A stretch of 64,000 nt of DNA from Rhodothermales bacterium (GTDB lineage: Bacteria; Bacteroidota; Rhodothermia; Rhodothermales; UBA10348), in contig JBLFXH010000001.1 in assembly GCA_047611125.1 (NCBI GenBank), positions 654 to 64,653 on the forward strand, given 5' to 3'. The notes beneath the pieces were generated by a model, which worked only from the letters and a program-made list of their open reading frames with translations, searched no databases and was not told the DNA's origin. A program made the translations under genes and the position numbers. The number at the start of each line of letters is the position of its first letter. The stretch's first letter is position 1. Below, piece after piece: positions 24,692 through 34,742 of the stretch.

Positions 24692-26977
24692 ATGATATCC
24701 CGCTCCTTCTCGCCGTTGGCCCTGGTGATGTTGTTGGCCCTGGTGGCCCTTACCCCCAGGGTCACCCTTGGACAATTGGCTAGCATTCGCGGCACGGTAA
24801 CTGAAACGCGGACAGTGGCCGCGCTGCCAGGCGCATCGGTGGTCCTCCAAGAAGTCGGGGGTGCGAGACGCGGGACCTTGACCGGAGCAGAGGGCGATTT
24901 TCTGCTGACCAGACTCCGCCCGGGCCAATACTACCTGACGGTCTCCTTCGTCGGTTTCAGCCCCCGAACAGACACGCTGGAATTGGGATTTGACGAGGTC
25001 GTGGTTTTTGACGTGGCACTGGCAGAAGTGGCGGAAGAACTGGCAGAGGTTGTAATCGAAGAGACGCGCGGTGTCGAAGGCCGGTCCACGGCCGGCCTGG
25101 AAGTAGTAAGGCCATCTTCGCTCTCGCGGGTCCCGATGCCCGATGTCTCCTATGATCTGGCGGGCTACCTGCTCACGCTGCCGGGCTTCGTTTCCACCGG
25201 GGATCGCGGCGGGCAGTTGTATGTGCGCGGAGGCACGTCCACGCAGAACCTGGTGCTGGTCGATGGCATTCCGATCTTTCAGCCGTTCCACATTATCGGA
25301 TTCTATTCGGCATTTCCGGCGGATATCATCTCCTATGCCGATGTATATGCCGGCGGCTTTGGGGCGCGGTATGGGGGGCGCATTTCGTCTGTGGTGGACG
25401 TGACCACGACCAACGGAAGCAAGGAGCGAGCACAAGGAGCGGTATCCTTTGCACCGTTCGTGAGTGGCCTGCGATTCTCCATTCCGCTGGAGGTCGGCAA
25501 GGTTTCGCTGACAGGATCGATTAGAGAGTCTGTGATCGAACACATTGCACCGGCCCTGCTGGGCCAGGAACTCCCATACCGGTTTGGAGACCGGTTCCTG
25601 AAGCTGCACGCTTTCCTGAACCAGACGTCCAGCATGTCCCTGACCGGCTTGCAGACGTTCGACCAGGGAAACCTCGGCACCACCGAGGACGAGCGCCCAT
25701 CCTCGTGGAAGAATGACGCCTTCGGTTTTCGCTACACCTTCCTTCCCGACACCGACGCCGTCCTCTCTCAGTTCGCGATGCACTACTCGAGCATGGAGAG
25801 TTCCTATCAGCCGTCCCCGACGGTCCAACAGGAAGCCGATGTCGATGCCTTCACTATGGAGATCCTGATTGCCTACCTGATGGGCAAATCCAGGGTCCAT
25901 GTGGGGCTTTTCGGCACCCTGAATCGCTTTCACTACAACCTCGGGGAGGGCTCTCGTCCTGTCAGCGCCGGCATCACGAGTGGAGGCGCCTATGTGGATA
26001 CCCAGTTCGAGATCTCGCCCTCTTTTCGCCTCGAGCCGGGTGTCCGTTATGAGGTGTTTTCGCGCGGCGTGAAAGGCAGCCTGGCACCCCGGGTTCGTGC
26101 GCTCGTGCTCCCTTTTGGTCCCGGCTCGCGGCAGCAGTGGTCGGTGGCCTGGGGCCGCTATCACCAACAGATTGTTGGATTGAACAATGAGCAGGACGTC
26201 TCCGACGTGTTCACGGTCTGGGCCCCGGCTCCGCGAAATTCGCCGGTACCCAAGGCCACTCATGTTATCCTCGGAGTCCAGCAGCGGCTCTGGCGCTGGA
26301 TGGAGTTGTCCCTGGAGGGCTACTGGAAGGACCTCGAGAATTTGGCTTTCCCGGTCTTTGACGACATACCAAACCGCGTGCTCGGTTTCTCCCGCGTCGA
26401 CGGAATCGCTCGGGGTTTCGACGTCCGTCTGGAGGTGAATCGTCAACGGTTCTATGGACAGATTGGCTATACCCTCTCCGAGGTCGAGTACCGATGGGTG
26501 GACCCCGGTCGGAGCAGCATCCAGGGCGTAGAGACGATCGGAGCCGGCGACCGCCCGGCCTTCAATCCGCCCCACGACCGTCCCCATCAGTTGAACACCA
26601 CCGTTCAGTACTCGCTCGGGCAGACAAGCCTGACGGCCAGATGGCAGTACGGGTCAGGGCTTCCGTTCACCCAGATCAGGGGGTTCCATCAGGCGCTGTC
26701 GGTCGATCCTCAGAATCCCGAGGGCTTGCTCGGCGACCCAGGCATCACCACCGTCGCTCGGGGGCCCGCCTACGGAGCCCGGCTCCCGGCGTATCACCGC
26801 TTGGATATTTCTGTGGATCACAAGTTTGTGCGGCGCCGTTCGGTGACCACCCTGCAGGCCGGTTTGATCAACGCCTATGACCGCGCGAATATCTTCCAAT
26901 ACAATTTTTTCTCGGGCGAGCGTGTGAATCAACTCCCTCTGGTGCCGTCCGTCGGCCTGTCTGTGGAAATCCGATGA
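24692..26977 (+). CDS. TonB-dependent receptor-like outer-membrane protein (CarboxypepD_reg + plug + barrel), copy 1
   Basis: Signal peptide. 'IRGTVTE...GASVVL...GDFLLTRLRPGQYYLTVSFVGF' is a carboxypeptidase-regulatory-like domain. Plug motif 'GDRGGQLYVRGGTSTQNLVLVDGIPIFQPFH'. C-terminal barrel ends 'VGLSVEIR'. Confidence 0.8.
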   Translation: MISRSFSPLALVMLLALVALTPRVTLGQLASIRGTVTETRTVAALPGASVVLQEVGGARRGTLTGAEGDFLLTRLRPGQYYLTVSFVGFSPRTDTLELGFDEVVVFDVALAEVAEELAEVVIEETRGVEGRSTAGLEVVRPSSLSRVPMPDVSYDLAGYLLTLPGFVSTGDRGGQLYVRGGTSTQNLVLVDGIPIFQPFHIIGFYSAFPADIISYADVYAGGFGARYGGRISSVVDVTTTNGSKERAQGAVSFAPFVSGLRFSIPLEVGKVSLTGSIRESVIEHIAPALLGQELPYRFGDRFLKLHAFLNQTSSMSLTGLQTFDQGNLGTTEDERPSSWKNDAFGFRYTFLPDTDAVLSQFAMHYSSMESSYQPSPTVQQEADVDAFTMEILIAYLMGKSRVHVGLFGTLNRFHYNLGEGSRPVSAGITSGGAYVDTQFEISPSFRLEPGVRYEVFSRGVKGSLAPRVRALVLPFGPGSRQQWSVAWGRYHQQIVGLNNEQDVSDVFTVWAPAPRNSPVPKATHVILGVQQRLWRWMELSLEGYWKDLENLAFPVFDDIPNRVLGFSRVDGIARGFDVRLEVNRQRFYGQIGYTLSEVEYRWVDPGRSSIQGVETIGAGDRPAFNPPHDRPHQLNTTVQYSLGQTSLTARWQYGSGLPFTQIRGFHQALSVDPQNPEGLLGDPGITTVARGPAYGARLPAYHRLDISVDHKFVRRRSVTTLQAGLINAYDRANIFQYNFFSGERVNQLPLVPSVGLSVEIR

Positions 26978-27807
26978 TGAAAGTGGCGGCCCTATCGGCG
27001 GTATTGCTTCTGGCCCTCGCCGCTTGCGACAACAGCATCCAGCCGATGGTGGAAGGAAGCGAAGGGACCCTGTTCATCTATGGGTTCCTAGACAGCGCGG
27101 CCGACAGTCAGTTCGTGCGGCTCGACGGTGTTCGGATCGCGGCGCTCGGAGACCGCCCTGATCTGAGTACAGTTCGCCTGTCGTCCACAGACGATTCAGG
27201 CGAGACGGTCGATTGGATTTACCAGGGCGCGACCTTCGAAGACGGGAGTACCGGGCACAATTTTCTCGGTCTCTTTCGGCCTGTCGAGGGCGGGCGCTAC
27301 GCCCTGCAGGCCAGGTCAACCGATGGCCGGGTAACCGAGGCCTCAACCACCATACCGGTCCGTCCCCCGATTAGTCCCGACCCCCCAAGAGGGGACACCC
27401 TCCAGATTGTCCAGAAAATCCGGCTCTCAGGCCTTGAGCGGAGCCCCTTGCGGGTGATAGTGCAGTATGAGGTCCAGGCTCCTGAGAGCCCTGAGGCGGT
27501 GAGCGTATCGGTAGACTACGGGGATAGGGGTTCGCTCTCGGCGGACGGCTGGGACTTTGACGTCTTCCTGAAGCGCGATCATCCAACGGTGATGGCCGGC
27601 ATCGCTCGCAATGTCCGGGATCGAGACGTAGCACTCCTCTCCATCGGAGTTCGTGCGGAATTGCTGAGTGCGGAATGGGACGAGCCGCATACAGCGCGTA
27701 ACATCACGGGCGGTCGCGGTTTCTTCGGCGCCGTCGGTCGCTACGACCTGGGGTGGACGCTGGAGCCGGCGGTTGTAGCCACCATCGGCTTCGTCGATGG
27801 GCAATAA
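26974..27807 (+). CDS. DUF4249-like lipoprotein, copy 1
   Basis: Lipobox 'LLLALAAC', then 'LFIYGFLDSAADSQFVRLDGVR', typical of the lipoprotein that follows this receptor class. ATGA overlap with the receptor gene. Confidence 0.6.
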   Translation: MMKVAALSAVLLLALAACDNSIQPMVEGSEGTLFIYGFLDSAADSQFVRLDGVRIAALGDRPDLSTVRLSSTDDSGETVDWIYQGATFEDGSTGHNFLGLFRPVEGGRYALQARSTDGRVTEASTTIPVRPPISPDPPRGDTLQIVQKIRLSGLERSPLRVIVQYEVQAPESPEAVSVSVDYGDRGSLSADGWDFDVFLKRDHPTVMAGIARNVRDRDVALLSIGVRAELLSAEWDEPHTARNITGGRGFFGAVGRYDLGWTLEPAVVATIGFVDGQ

Positions 27808-27916
27808 TTTGATCCGTCCATCGCCTTCCTTAGTCGGCTCGGCCCTCATGCCTTTCTCCCCGATCGTCCCAGTCGTAACATCGTCGCTCCCTGAACTGAA
27901 ACAGAACCTTGTATTG

Positions 27917-30184
27917 ATGGTGCGAATTGCAGCGTTGTTGTTTCTGAGCCTCCTCCTGTCCTCTCAAGCCGTGGCTCAGAACGCCACCATCCGAGGATTT
28001 GTGACGTCAGAGGCAGACGGACAACCACTACCAGGTGTCAACGTTATTCTGCTGGGCGTAGATGGGTCACTCGTGACCGGGACGGCTACAGATGCAGACG
28101 GCTTTTACGCACTCTCTAGAGTAACGCCGGCCACCTACACCCTGAAGGCCACGTTCATCGGATTCGAGATGCTCGAGGAGATCGTCACGCTGGCGGAGGG
28201 CATCGTAACGAGAAATATTGCGTTGGCGGAATCAGCTGCGCTGCTTGAGGGCTTATTGGTCGAGTCGGAGCGAGAAACCTCTGGTGCTGCCAACATTACC
28301 GCTGGTTTGCAGACCGTTCGCCCCGCTGATATCGACTTGGTGCCCGCTCCGGACATCTCTGCTGATCTCGTCAATTATCTGACCGCGCTTCCCGGTATCG
28401 TCTCGCAGGGAGATCGAGGTGGCCAGCTCTTTGTTCGAGGCGGAGAGCCCACCCAGAACCTGGTGCTATTGGACGGCATGATGATCTATCAGCCGTTCCA
28501 CATAGTTGGCTTCTTTTCGGCCTTCCCGTCCGAGATCATCAACACGGTCGATGTGTACGCGGGCGGCTTCGGAGGCCGGTACGGCGGGCGGCTGTCCTCG
28601 GTCATCGACGTCGCGGCCCGCACCGGTAACAAGCAGCGGTTTGCGAGCTCGGTTTCTCTGGCGCCATTCGTCAGCACGATCCGCCTCGAGGGTCCCATCG
28701 TTCCAGGGAAAGCGTCGCTGCTAATTTCAGTCCGTGAGTCGGTCATCGAGCAGGGTGCCGCCAAGATCGTGGATCAGGATCTGCCGTTCAGTTTCGGCGA
28801 TCAGTTCGCGAAACTGCACGTCAATCTAGGACAGAGCGCCCAGGCCTCCGTGACAGCCATGCACACGTCAGACCGAGGACGACTTGGTCTGGACCCCTTG
28901 GCATCGGGCGTCGAGCCGGCCCAGGAAGAGGTACACTGGGAGAATCTCGCGGTCGGCACTCGCTTCATCTTTCTGCCGGCCACCCTACCGATTTTTGCAG
29001 AGGTGCTAGTCTCGGGTTCTCAGCTGAAGAATGACTTCGGCCTCCCGGATGAGCCGGTCCGTTCAACGTTGGCGAAGCGCTTCAACTTCGCGACTAACGT
29101 GACCCACTATCTGGGCAACACAGACTTTGCCTGGGGTCTGTTTCTGTCGTCGATCTCTCTGGAGAGTGATCTCGGAGGCCAGTTTCAGAATCTCGACCTC
29201 AAGAAGGAATTTGTGACCGAGGTCGGAGCCTATATGGAGCCGGAGTTCCGGCTCGGGAACGGGCTTCGGATCCAGCCGGCAGTTCGGCTGCAGTCATTCC
29301 CGAGCAAGGGCCTGACGTTCTTCGAACCCCGAATTCGTGCGGTCTGGAACATGGGCGCGCACCGGATCAGCGCTGCAGGTGGCGTCTACCATCAGGAAAT
29401 CGTGGGATTGAATGACCGTCGCGACGCTGGCGACGTGTTTACGGCTTGGGTGGCTTCGCCCGACGGTGTGGTCCCTCAAGCCGTTCATGCGATAGCGGGG
29501 TACTCGGTTCGCCCGACCGAGTTTTTGACACTCTCGGCGGAGGTGTTCTACAAGAAACTCACCGATTTGGTAGTCCCGGAATGGACGTCCTTCCCCCGCT
29601 TTACCACCGGTATTCAGGAAGCCGACGGCGAGGCCTACGGGACTGACCTCCGCCTGGAGATCACCGCCGGCAATTCGTTCTACGGCGTGATCAGCTACGG
29701 CCTCTCCGATGTCCAGTACAACGCGGAAATTCGCGCCTTGCAGCTCCTGACCGGAGAGGACGAGATTTCCTACGCGCCGCCTCATGACAGACGGCACCAG
29801 TTGAACGCAATGACCAGCATCAGCGCGAAGGGCTTCAACCTGAACATCAGGATGCAGTTTGGCTCAGGGCTTCCGTTCAATCAGTCGCTGGGCTTTGATC
29901 GATACATCTTGTTGGACAGCCTGGTAAACGTGCTCGACAATCCGGGAGAGGAGCGGGTCCTCTACGGCCGTCCGTACAGTGGTCGCCTCCCAACCTATCA
30001 CCGATTGGATATATCGCTGGATCGCGAGTTCGAGTTTGGAAAGCGAACCGCAGCTACAATTCAACTGGGACTCATCAATGCGTATGACAGGCCCAACCTC
30101 TTCTACCTGGACCTGTTCACCCTACGCCGAGTGGATCAGTTACCGTTGATCCCTACGATTGGAATCAAAGTGGACATCAAGTGA
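27917..30184 (+). CDS. TonB-dependent receptor-like outer-membrane protein, copy 2 (paralog of 24692..26977)
   Basis: Start trimmed to ATG 27917 (MVRIAALLFLSLLLSSQAVAQ). Same domain order as copy 1. Plug 'GDRGGQLFVRGGEPTQNLVLLDGMMIYQPFH' is collinear with copy 1. Confidence 0.8.
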   Translation: MVRIAALLFLSLLLSSQAVAQNATIRGFVTSEADGQPLPGVNVILLGVDGSLVTGTATDADGFYALSRVTPATYTLKATFIGFEMLEEIVTLAEGIVTRNIALAESAALLEGLLVESERETSGAANITAGLQTVRPADIDLVPAPDISADLVNYLTALPGIVSQGDRGGQLFVRGGEPTQNLVLLDGMMIYQPFHIVGFFSAFPSEIINTVDVYAGGFGGRYGGRLSSVIDVAARTGNKQRFASSVSLAPFVSTIRLEGPIVPGKASLLISVRESVIEQGAAKIVDQDLPFSFGDQFAKLHVNLGQSAQASVTAMHTSDRGRLGLDPLASGVEPAQEEVHWENLAVGTRFIFLPATLPIFAEVLVSGSQLKNDFGLPDEPVRSTLAKRFNFATNVTHYLGNTDFAWGLFLSSISLESDLGGQFQNLDLKKEFVTEVGAYMEPEFRLGNGLRIQPAVRLQSFPSKGLTFFEPRIRAVWNMGAHRISAAGGVYHQEIVGLNDRRDAGDVFTAWVASPDGVVPQAVHAIAGYSVRPTEFLTLSAEVFYKKLTDLVVPEWTSFPRFTTGIQEADGEAYGTDLRLEITAGNSFYGVISYGLSDVQYNAEIRALQLLTGEDEISYAPPHDRRHQLNAMTSISAKGFNLNIRMQFGSGLPFNQSLGFDRYILLDSLVNVLDNPGEERVLYGRPYSGRLPTYHRLDISLDREFEFGKRTAATIQLGLINAYDRPNLFYLDLFTLRRVDQLPLIPTIGIKVDIK

Positions 30185-31083
30185 TGATGCGACGATTCGC
30201 CCTCCTGCCCGCGGTAGCCTTCGTGCTGGCCGCCATGGCCCTGTCTGCTTGCGAGACTACGGTTGACCCCTTCATTGAGGATGACCGGTTCTTTACGGTT
30301 TTCGGATACCTCGACACAGCGACCGATCTCCAGGCGGTTCGCGTGATCGCCCTCGGGCGAGTGATCGGGACCACCACCGGTGAAATAGACGCGGCGGTAT
30401 CTTCCACAGAGATCGAGACGGGGGTGGTCACCGAGTGGTATCCCGAACTGATTACGTTTGCGGACTCTAGCGTCGGCAGTGTCTACCGAGGCCCCTTCCG
30501 TCCCATTCCCGGATTCTCGTACCGATTCGATGTTGTCCGAAGTGATGGAGCCGCAGCCACGGTCACGACCACAATCCCGGTGGCAACCGACGTCCAGGTT
30601 GATGAGCCGCTGGTGTCCATCTCTGATGCCTTTCAGCGCGTGTTCTGGTCGGACATCTCGTTCAAGCCATCCCGTCTCGAGGTTTGGTACCGGTTTATGG
30701 GTGTTCGTCCGTCGGATCCGTTCCTGAACGCGGTCATTGTCTACGACAACACCCTGTACGGAGATGCGAAGGATGGTGGATGGGAGACGCTGGTTCGACT
30801 GACCGGTGACCGTCTCAGGGTTAGTCAGCAGCTGAGCGTCGCGGGCGACGCCGGTCTGACGCTGCTAGGCGTCGGCGCCAGGCTAACCATGTCCGATGAA
30901 CAATGGCGGCCTCCCGGAGGGATTTTCGATAAGGAAGTCCTGGTTCAGCCCGGCACGTTCTCGAACGTAGATGGAGGATTCGGATTTCTTGGTTCGGTGA
31001 ATCAGTTCACGGTAGAGTGGACGCTCTCGCCAGAGATCACGACGCGAATCGGGTACACGGTTCCGGGCGCGCCCGCAGACTGA
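30181..31083 (+). CDS. DUF4249-like lipoprotein, copy 2
   Basis: Lipobox 'AAMALSAC', then 'FFTVFGYLDTATDLQAVRVIALGR', parallel to copy 1. The start (GTG 30181, or ATG 30184/30187) overlaps the receptor stop. Confidence 0.6.
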   Translation: MMMRRFALLPAVAFVLAAMALSACETTVDPFIEDDRFFTVFGYLDTATDLQAVRVIALGRVIGTTTGEIDAAVSSTEIETGVVTEWYPELITFADSSVGSVYRGPFRPIPGFSYRFDVVRSDGAAATVTTTIPVATDVQVDEPLVSISDAFQRVFWSDISFKPSRLEVWYRFMGVRPSDPFLNAVIVYDNTLYGDAKDGGWETLVRLTGDRLRVSQQLSVAGDAGLTLLGVGARLTMSDEQWRPPGGIFDKEVLVQPGTFSNVDGGFGFLGSVNQFTVEWTLSPEITTRIGYTVPGAPAD

Positions 31084-31084
31084 C

Positions 31085-31810
31085 GTGCCGACTGGCGCTA
31101 TTGTGGTGATTCCTGCCTTCAATGAGGAGGCGGCGCTAGGCAACGTTCTTGCTGCCATCCCCAAGGGCCTTGCGAGGGCCGTGGTCGTAGCAAACAACGG
31201 TTCGACCGATCAGACCCGGCAGGTGGCACTCGACAATGGGGCTGTCGTGGTTGATGAGTCCAGACGCGGCTACGGGAACGCATGCCTGGCGGGAATTAAA
31301 AAGGCGCGTGAGTGGGACCCGGAAATCATTGTCTTTCTGGACGGCGACTTCTCCGACTACCCTGAGCAGATGGCTCGCCTGGTTGACCCCATAGCCTCGG
31401 GCCAGACCGATTTTGTGGTGGGATCCAGGATGCGCGGGAGGAGCTCGCGCGGCGCACTGCTCCCGCAGGCCCGGATGGGAAATTGGCTGGCGGGCTCCAT
31501 CATGCGAGTAGTCTGGGGGGCCGGTTTCACCGACTTGGGTCCGTTTCGGGCAATCCGTCTGGATGCGTTGGACCGGCTGAACATGCAGGATCGCACCTAT
31601 GGATGGACGGTAGAGATGCAGTTGAAGGCGGTCGAGGCTGGCCTGCGCTGGATGGAGGTCCCTGTAGACTATCGGCGGCGGATTGGCACCTCCAAGGTGA
31701 CGGGCACGGTCCGGGGGACCGTGGGGGCATCACTGAAGATTCTCAGCATCCTGTTTGGGTATGCCGCCACGCGAGGACGCCGAACGTATCCGGGGCCTCC
31801 GGGCGAGTAA
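31085..31810 (+). CDS. Family 2 glycosyltransferase (polyprenol-phosphate glycosyltransferase-like)
   Basis: 'IVVIPAFNEE', 'ANNGSTDQT', 'GYGNACLAG', 'FLDGDFSD' (DxD). GTG start 1 nt after the preceding stop. Confidence 0.75.
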   Translation: MPTGAIVVIPAFNEEAALGNVLAAIPKGLARAVVVANNGSTDQTRQVALDNGAVVVDESRRGYGNACLAGIKKAREWDPEIIVFLDGDFSDYPEQMARLVDPIASGQTDFVVGSRMRGRSSRGALLPQARMGNWLAGSIMRVVWGAGFTDLGPFRAIRLDALDRLNMQDRTYGWTVEMQLKAVEAGLRWMEVPVDYRRRIGTSKVTGTVRGTVGASLKILSILFGYAATRGRRTYPGPPGE

Positions 31811-31978
31811 GGCACCGCGCAGGCGGGCCCAGCCTTCACGACTGACGCAAGGTTCAAGTCCGGACCCAAACGCGCCCGAGACCGTTTGTCTGAGACGTCC
31901 CACAGGGGTCGAATTTGGCCTCTCAATCGGAGCCAGAAGACCGCCTGAAATAGCACACTCCATTTCCTGACTGAGTCC

Positions 31979-32914
31979 ATGCAGAAGCACGACATCTGGT
32001 TCAACGGCGAATTTGTCCCCTTCGACGAGGCCAATGTGCACGTCCTCAGTCACGTGCTGCACTACGGGTCGTCCGTGTTTGAGGGTGTTCGGTGTTACAA
32101 CACCAAGGAAAAGGGCCCGGCGGTCTTTCGCCTGCGGGACCATACGCAGCGCCTGATCGACTCGGCAAGGATTTACCGAATGGAGATCCCGTTTGACCTG
32201 GAGACTCTGGAGGCTGCCCAGTTGGAGACCATAGCCCGAAGCGGATTGCAAGGCTGCTACATCCGCCCGCTTGTGTTTCGAGGAGTTGGTCCCATGGGTG
32301 TGAACCCGCTCAACAACCCGGTGGAGTCAATTATCGCCGTCTGGGAGTGGGGAGCCTACCTGGGGAAGGAAGCACTTGAGGAAGGAGTGGATGTTGAGGT
32401 GGCCTCATGGCAGCGCATGGCCCCCAACACCTTTCCAGCCATGGCAAAGGCCGGCGGTAATTACCTGAACGCCTCGCTGGTGAAGATGAATGCCGTGCTG
32501 AACGGCTATTCCGAAGGCATCATGCTCTCGAAGGACGGGCACGTTGCCGAAGGGTCCGGAGAGAATCTCTTCATGGTCAAGAACGGTCGACTCTACACTG
32601 CTCCGAGTTCGCTGTCGATTCTGCCGGGCATTACTCGGGCATCAGTGATGCGACTCGCTGACCAACTTGGCTACACGGTCGAGACTGCGAACATTCCGCG
32701 GGAAGCCCTCTACATCGCGGACGAACTGTTCTTCACCGGAACGGCTGCAGAGGTGACTCCCATCAAGAGTGTCGACAACTACGTGATCGGTAAGGGCAAC
32801 CGAGGGCCCATCACGAAGGCCATTCAGGATGCCTACTTCGACGTGGTTCATGGTGGGGTTGACCCGTATGGCTGGCTGACGCCGGTTAACGCCGAGGCAG
32901 CGCCTGCTAGCTGA
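31979..32914 (+). CDS. ilvE: Branched-chain amino acid aminotransferase
   Basis: Class IV aminotransferase pattern '[16 protein letters not shown]', '[12 protein letters not shown]', '[13 protein letters not shown]', 'LPGITR'. Confidence 0.9.
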   Translation: MQKHDIWFNGEFVPFDEANVHVLSHVLHYGSSVFEGVRCYNTKEKGPAVFRLRDHTQRLIDSARIYRMEIPFDLETLEAAQLETIARSGLQGCYIRPLVFRGVGPMGVNPLNNPVESIIAVWEWGAYLGKEALEEGVDVEVASWQRMAPNTFPAMAKAGGNYLNASLVKMNAVLNGYSEGIMLSKDGHVAEGSGENLFMVKNGRLYTAPSSLSILPGITRASVMRLADQLGYTVETANIPREALYIADELFFTGTAAEVTPIKSVDNYVIGKGNRGPITKAIQDAYFDVVHGGVDPYGWLTPVNAEAAPAS

Positions 32915-32926
32915 AGCGCCGATCGA

Positions 32927-34195
32927 CTATCGCCGAACCGCCCCGGCCGGGACGAATTCGGGGAAGGTCTGGTTCATCAGGAAATTGGCGAACGGTCGGC
33001 CCTCATCGTTGAAGCCGATGATCAGGAAATCATCGTCCCCATCCCCGTTATAGTCGCCCACGGTCAGGTCTCCTTGGGTCAGTCCGGCTAGCACGAACTC
33101 GCGCCGAAACTGGCCGGCCTCATTGATCATAACCCGTCCGGCCCTGCGTCCGAGTACGCTCTCGGCACCGGTTAGGATAATGTCCAGATTGCCGTCCACA
33201 TCGTAGTCGCTCCAGGCTACGCCTCCCCCGAGCAGGTTTGGTAGGTCTGTCTCTACCCGAACCATTCCGGCTGGCGTTGACTTGAAGAGGACGGTCAGTC
33301 CTCGAAGCAGCTGCGGATCAAGAACACCGCCGCTTATGACCAGATCGGATCGGCCGTCGTTGTCGTAGTCTCCCCAGTCCAGGTCGGCCAGGTAAAGTCC
33401 GGGCATTCCCAGATCAACCTGTTGGAAAACCTCGGGTTCTATCTGTTTGTACACCACGCTCAACGAGCCGAGGGCGGACTCGCCCGTCAGGGCAAGGTCC
33501 AAGTCTCCGTCAGCGTCCATGTCCCCCCAGTCGAGCGTGCAGAGCATGGTGCCGGGCAAGCCTGAGGATATTGGCTCGAACCGGCCGCCGGTGTTGCGGT
33601 AGATGATGGTCTTCTGATCATATGGAGGCTCCGGGTTTGCCGCTCCGCAGGCGGCGAAGTCCTGATCGCCGTCGGCATCGTAATCACCCCAAGCCACGTC
33701 TCCTGCAAACAATCCCTGGAACGACTGGGCCTGAACCAGATTCAGGCCATCATTGATGAACAACTCGCCGACCGTCTCGACGCGGGGCTCTCCTATGACC
33801 CGCTCCACGATGGTCTTGCCAAAGAGCAAAAGGTCTCCGTCCCCATCGCCGTCTGCATCTCCCCAACTGGCACTGCCGTTCCATACCTGATTCAGGATGG
33901 CGGGCACTGTTCGGTAGACCTTGAAGGAAAGGACCACCTGGAAGCCCCCGAAAGACGCCACGAACATCGAGTCCTCGAGGACCAGTACCCGCGACAGGGC
34001 ACTGCCATTGCTGAGTAGCCCTGTCAGTACTAGATCCAGATCGCCGTCCCCGTCCATGTCGCCAAAGTCAACCGACCCTTCGGTGATGTCGGGAATTGGG
34101 TAGTCAATCAACAGCGGCGCCGCGGCCGAAATTTGGGCTCTAGCCGGATTGGTCACAGAAACGAGCAAAATCGCACAGAATAGGATGGGCTTCAT
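32927..34195 (-). CDS. FG-GAP/VCBS repeat protein (secreted)
   Basis: Signal peptide 'ILFCAILLVSVTNPARAQ'. Repeated 'WGDxDxDGDLDL' calcium-binding FG-GAP units. ATG 34195 shares 1 nt with the upstream stop. Confidence 0.8.
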   Translation of the reverse strand: MKPILFCAILLVSVTNPARAQISAAAPLLIDYPIPDITEGSVDFGDMDGDGDLDLVLTGLLSNGSALSRVLVLEDSMFVASFGGFQVVLSFKVYRTVPAILNQVWNGSASWGDADGDGDGDLLLFGKTIVERVIGEPRVETVGELFINDGLNLVQAQSFQGLFAGDVAWGDYDADGDQDFAACGAANPEPPYDQKTIIYRNTGGRFEPISSGLPGTMLCTLDWGDMDADGDLDLALTGESALGSLSVVYKQIEPEVFQQVDLGMPGLYLADLDWGDYDNDGRSDLVISGGVLDPQLLRGLTVLFKSTPAGMVRVETDLPNLLGGGVAWSDYDVDGNLDIILTGAESVLGRRAGRVMINEAGQFRREFVLAGLTQGDLTVGDYNGDGDDDFLIIGFNDEGRPFANFLMNQTFPEFVPAGAVRR

Positions 34196-34740
34196 CACAG
34201 CTCGAAAAGGATCATGACAAGGCTGCCTTCCTGTATTCCGGCTGTCAGAATGTCCAGGCGTCCGTCGCCGTTGTAGTCAAACCAGATGGTAGGGCCGAAG
34301 AGAACGCCCCGAAATCGGTGTCGCAGCACGAATCCCGAGTCGATCTGCTCGTAAACGACTATCTGCCGGTTATCTGGAATCTCCAGCTTCTCGATGCCAG
34401 CCACGAGCAGGTCTAAGTCGCCATCGCCCTCGAGATCACCGCATGATACATCCCCAGAGAAGACACCAGACAGGTTCGCACCGGAGTCTACAAACCCCGT
34501 CCCATCTGACTGCAGCAGGGTGGCATGCCCCGACATCAAGTCAGGGCTCAGCACTCCGCCCGTGACGAAAAGGTCGTCGTCTCCGTCCGCGTCATAATCG
34601 GCGGCGTCAATGGCCCCGAACGAACTAAAGGGCACGCCGCGCACAACGACCTGGGCAGCAGCAGATCCCCAGGAAAACGCTAGAAACGCTAACAGCAGCG
34701 GCGCGGGTCGGGCAAACTTGGAATGCACTGGCACAGCCAA
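34195..34740 (-). CDS. Short FG-GAP/VCBS repeat protein (181 aa)
   Basis: Signal peptide 'LLLAFLAFSWGSAAAQ'. Three FG-GAP-like units ('DYDADGDDDLFV', 'GDLEGDGDLDLLV', 'DYNGDGRLDILT'). TTG start. Confidence 0.7.
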   Translation of the reverse strand: MAVPVHSKFARPAPLLLAFLAFSWGSAAAQVVVRGVPFSSFGAIDAADYDADGDDDLFVTGGVLSPDLMSGHATLLQSDGTGFVDSGANLSGVFSGDVSCGDLEGDGDLDLLVAGIEKLEIPDNRQIVVYEQIDSGFVLRHRFRGVLFGPTIWFDYNGDGRLDILTAGIQEGSLVMILFEL

Positions 34741-34742
34741 AC

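Noticed and set aside
24611-26587. 658-aa ORF on the minus strand
   Set aside because: It lies entirely antisense to the well-supported TonB-dependent receptor gene (24692..26977). Its translation is Arg/Gly/Pro-rich low-complexity sequence with no motifs, a typical shadow ORF in GC-rich DNA.
31838-31862. tRNA T-arm-like string AAGGTTCAAGTCCGGAC in the GT2-ilvE spacer (possible tRNA or att remnant)
   Set aside because: The flanking bases cannot form the 5-bp T-stem (CAAGG versus CCGGA), and no acceptor or anticodon arms can be folded. Probably a chance match.
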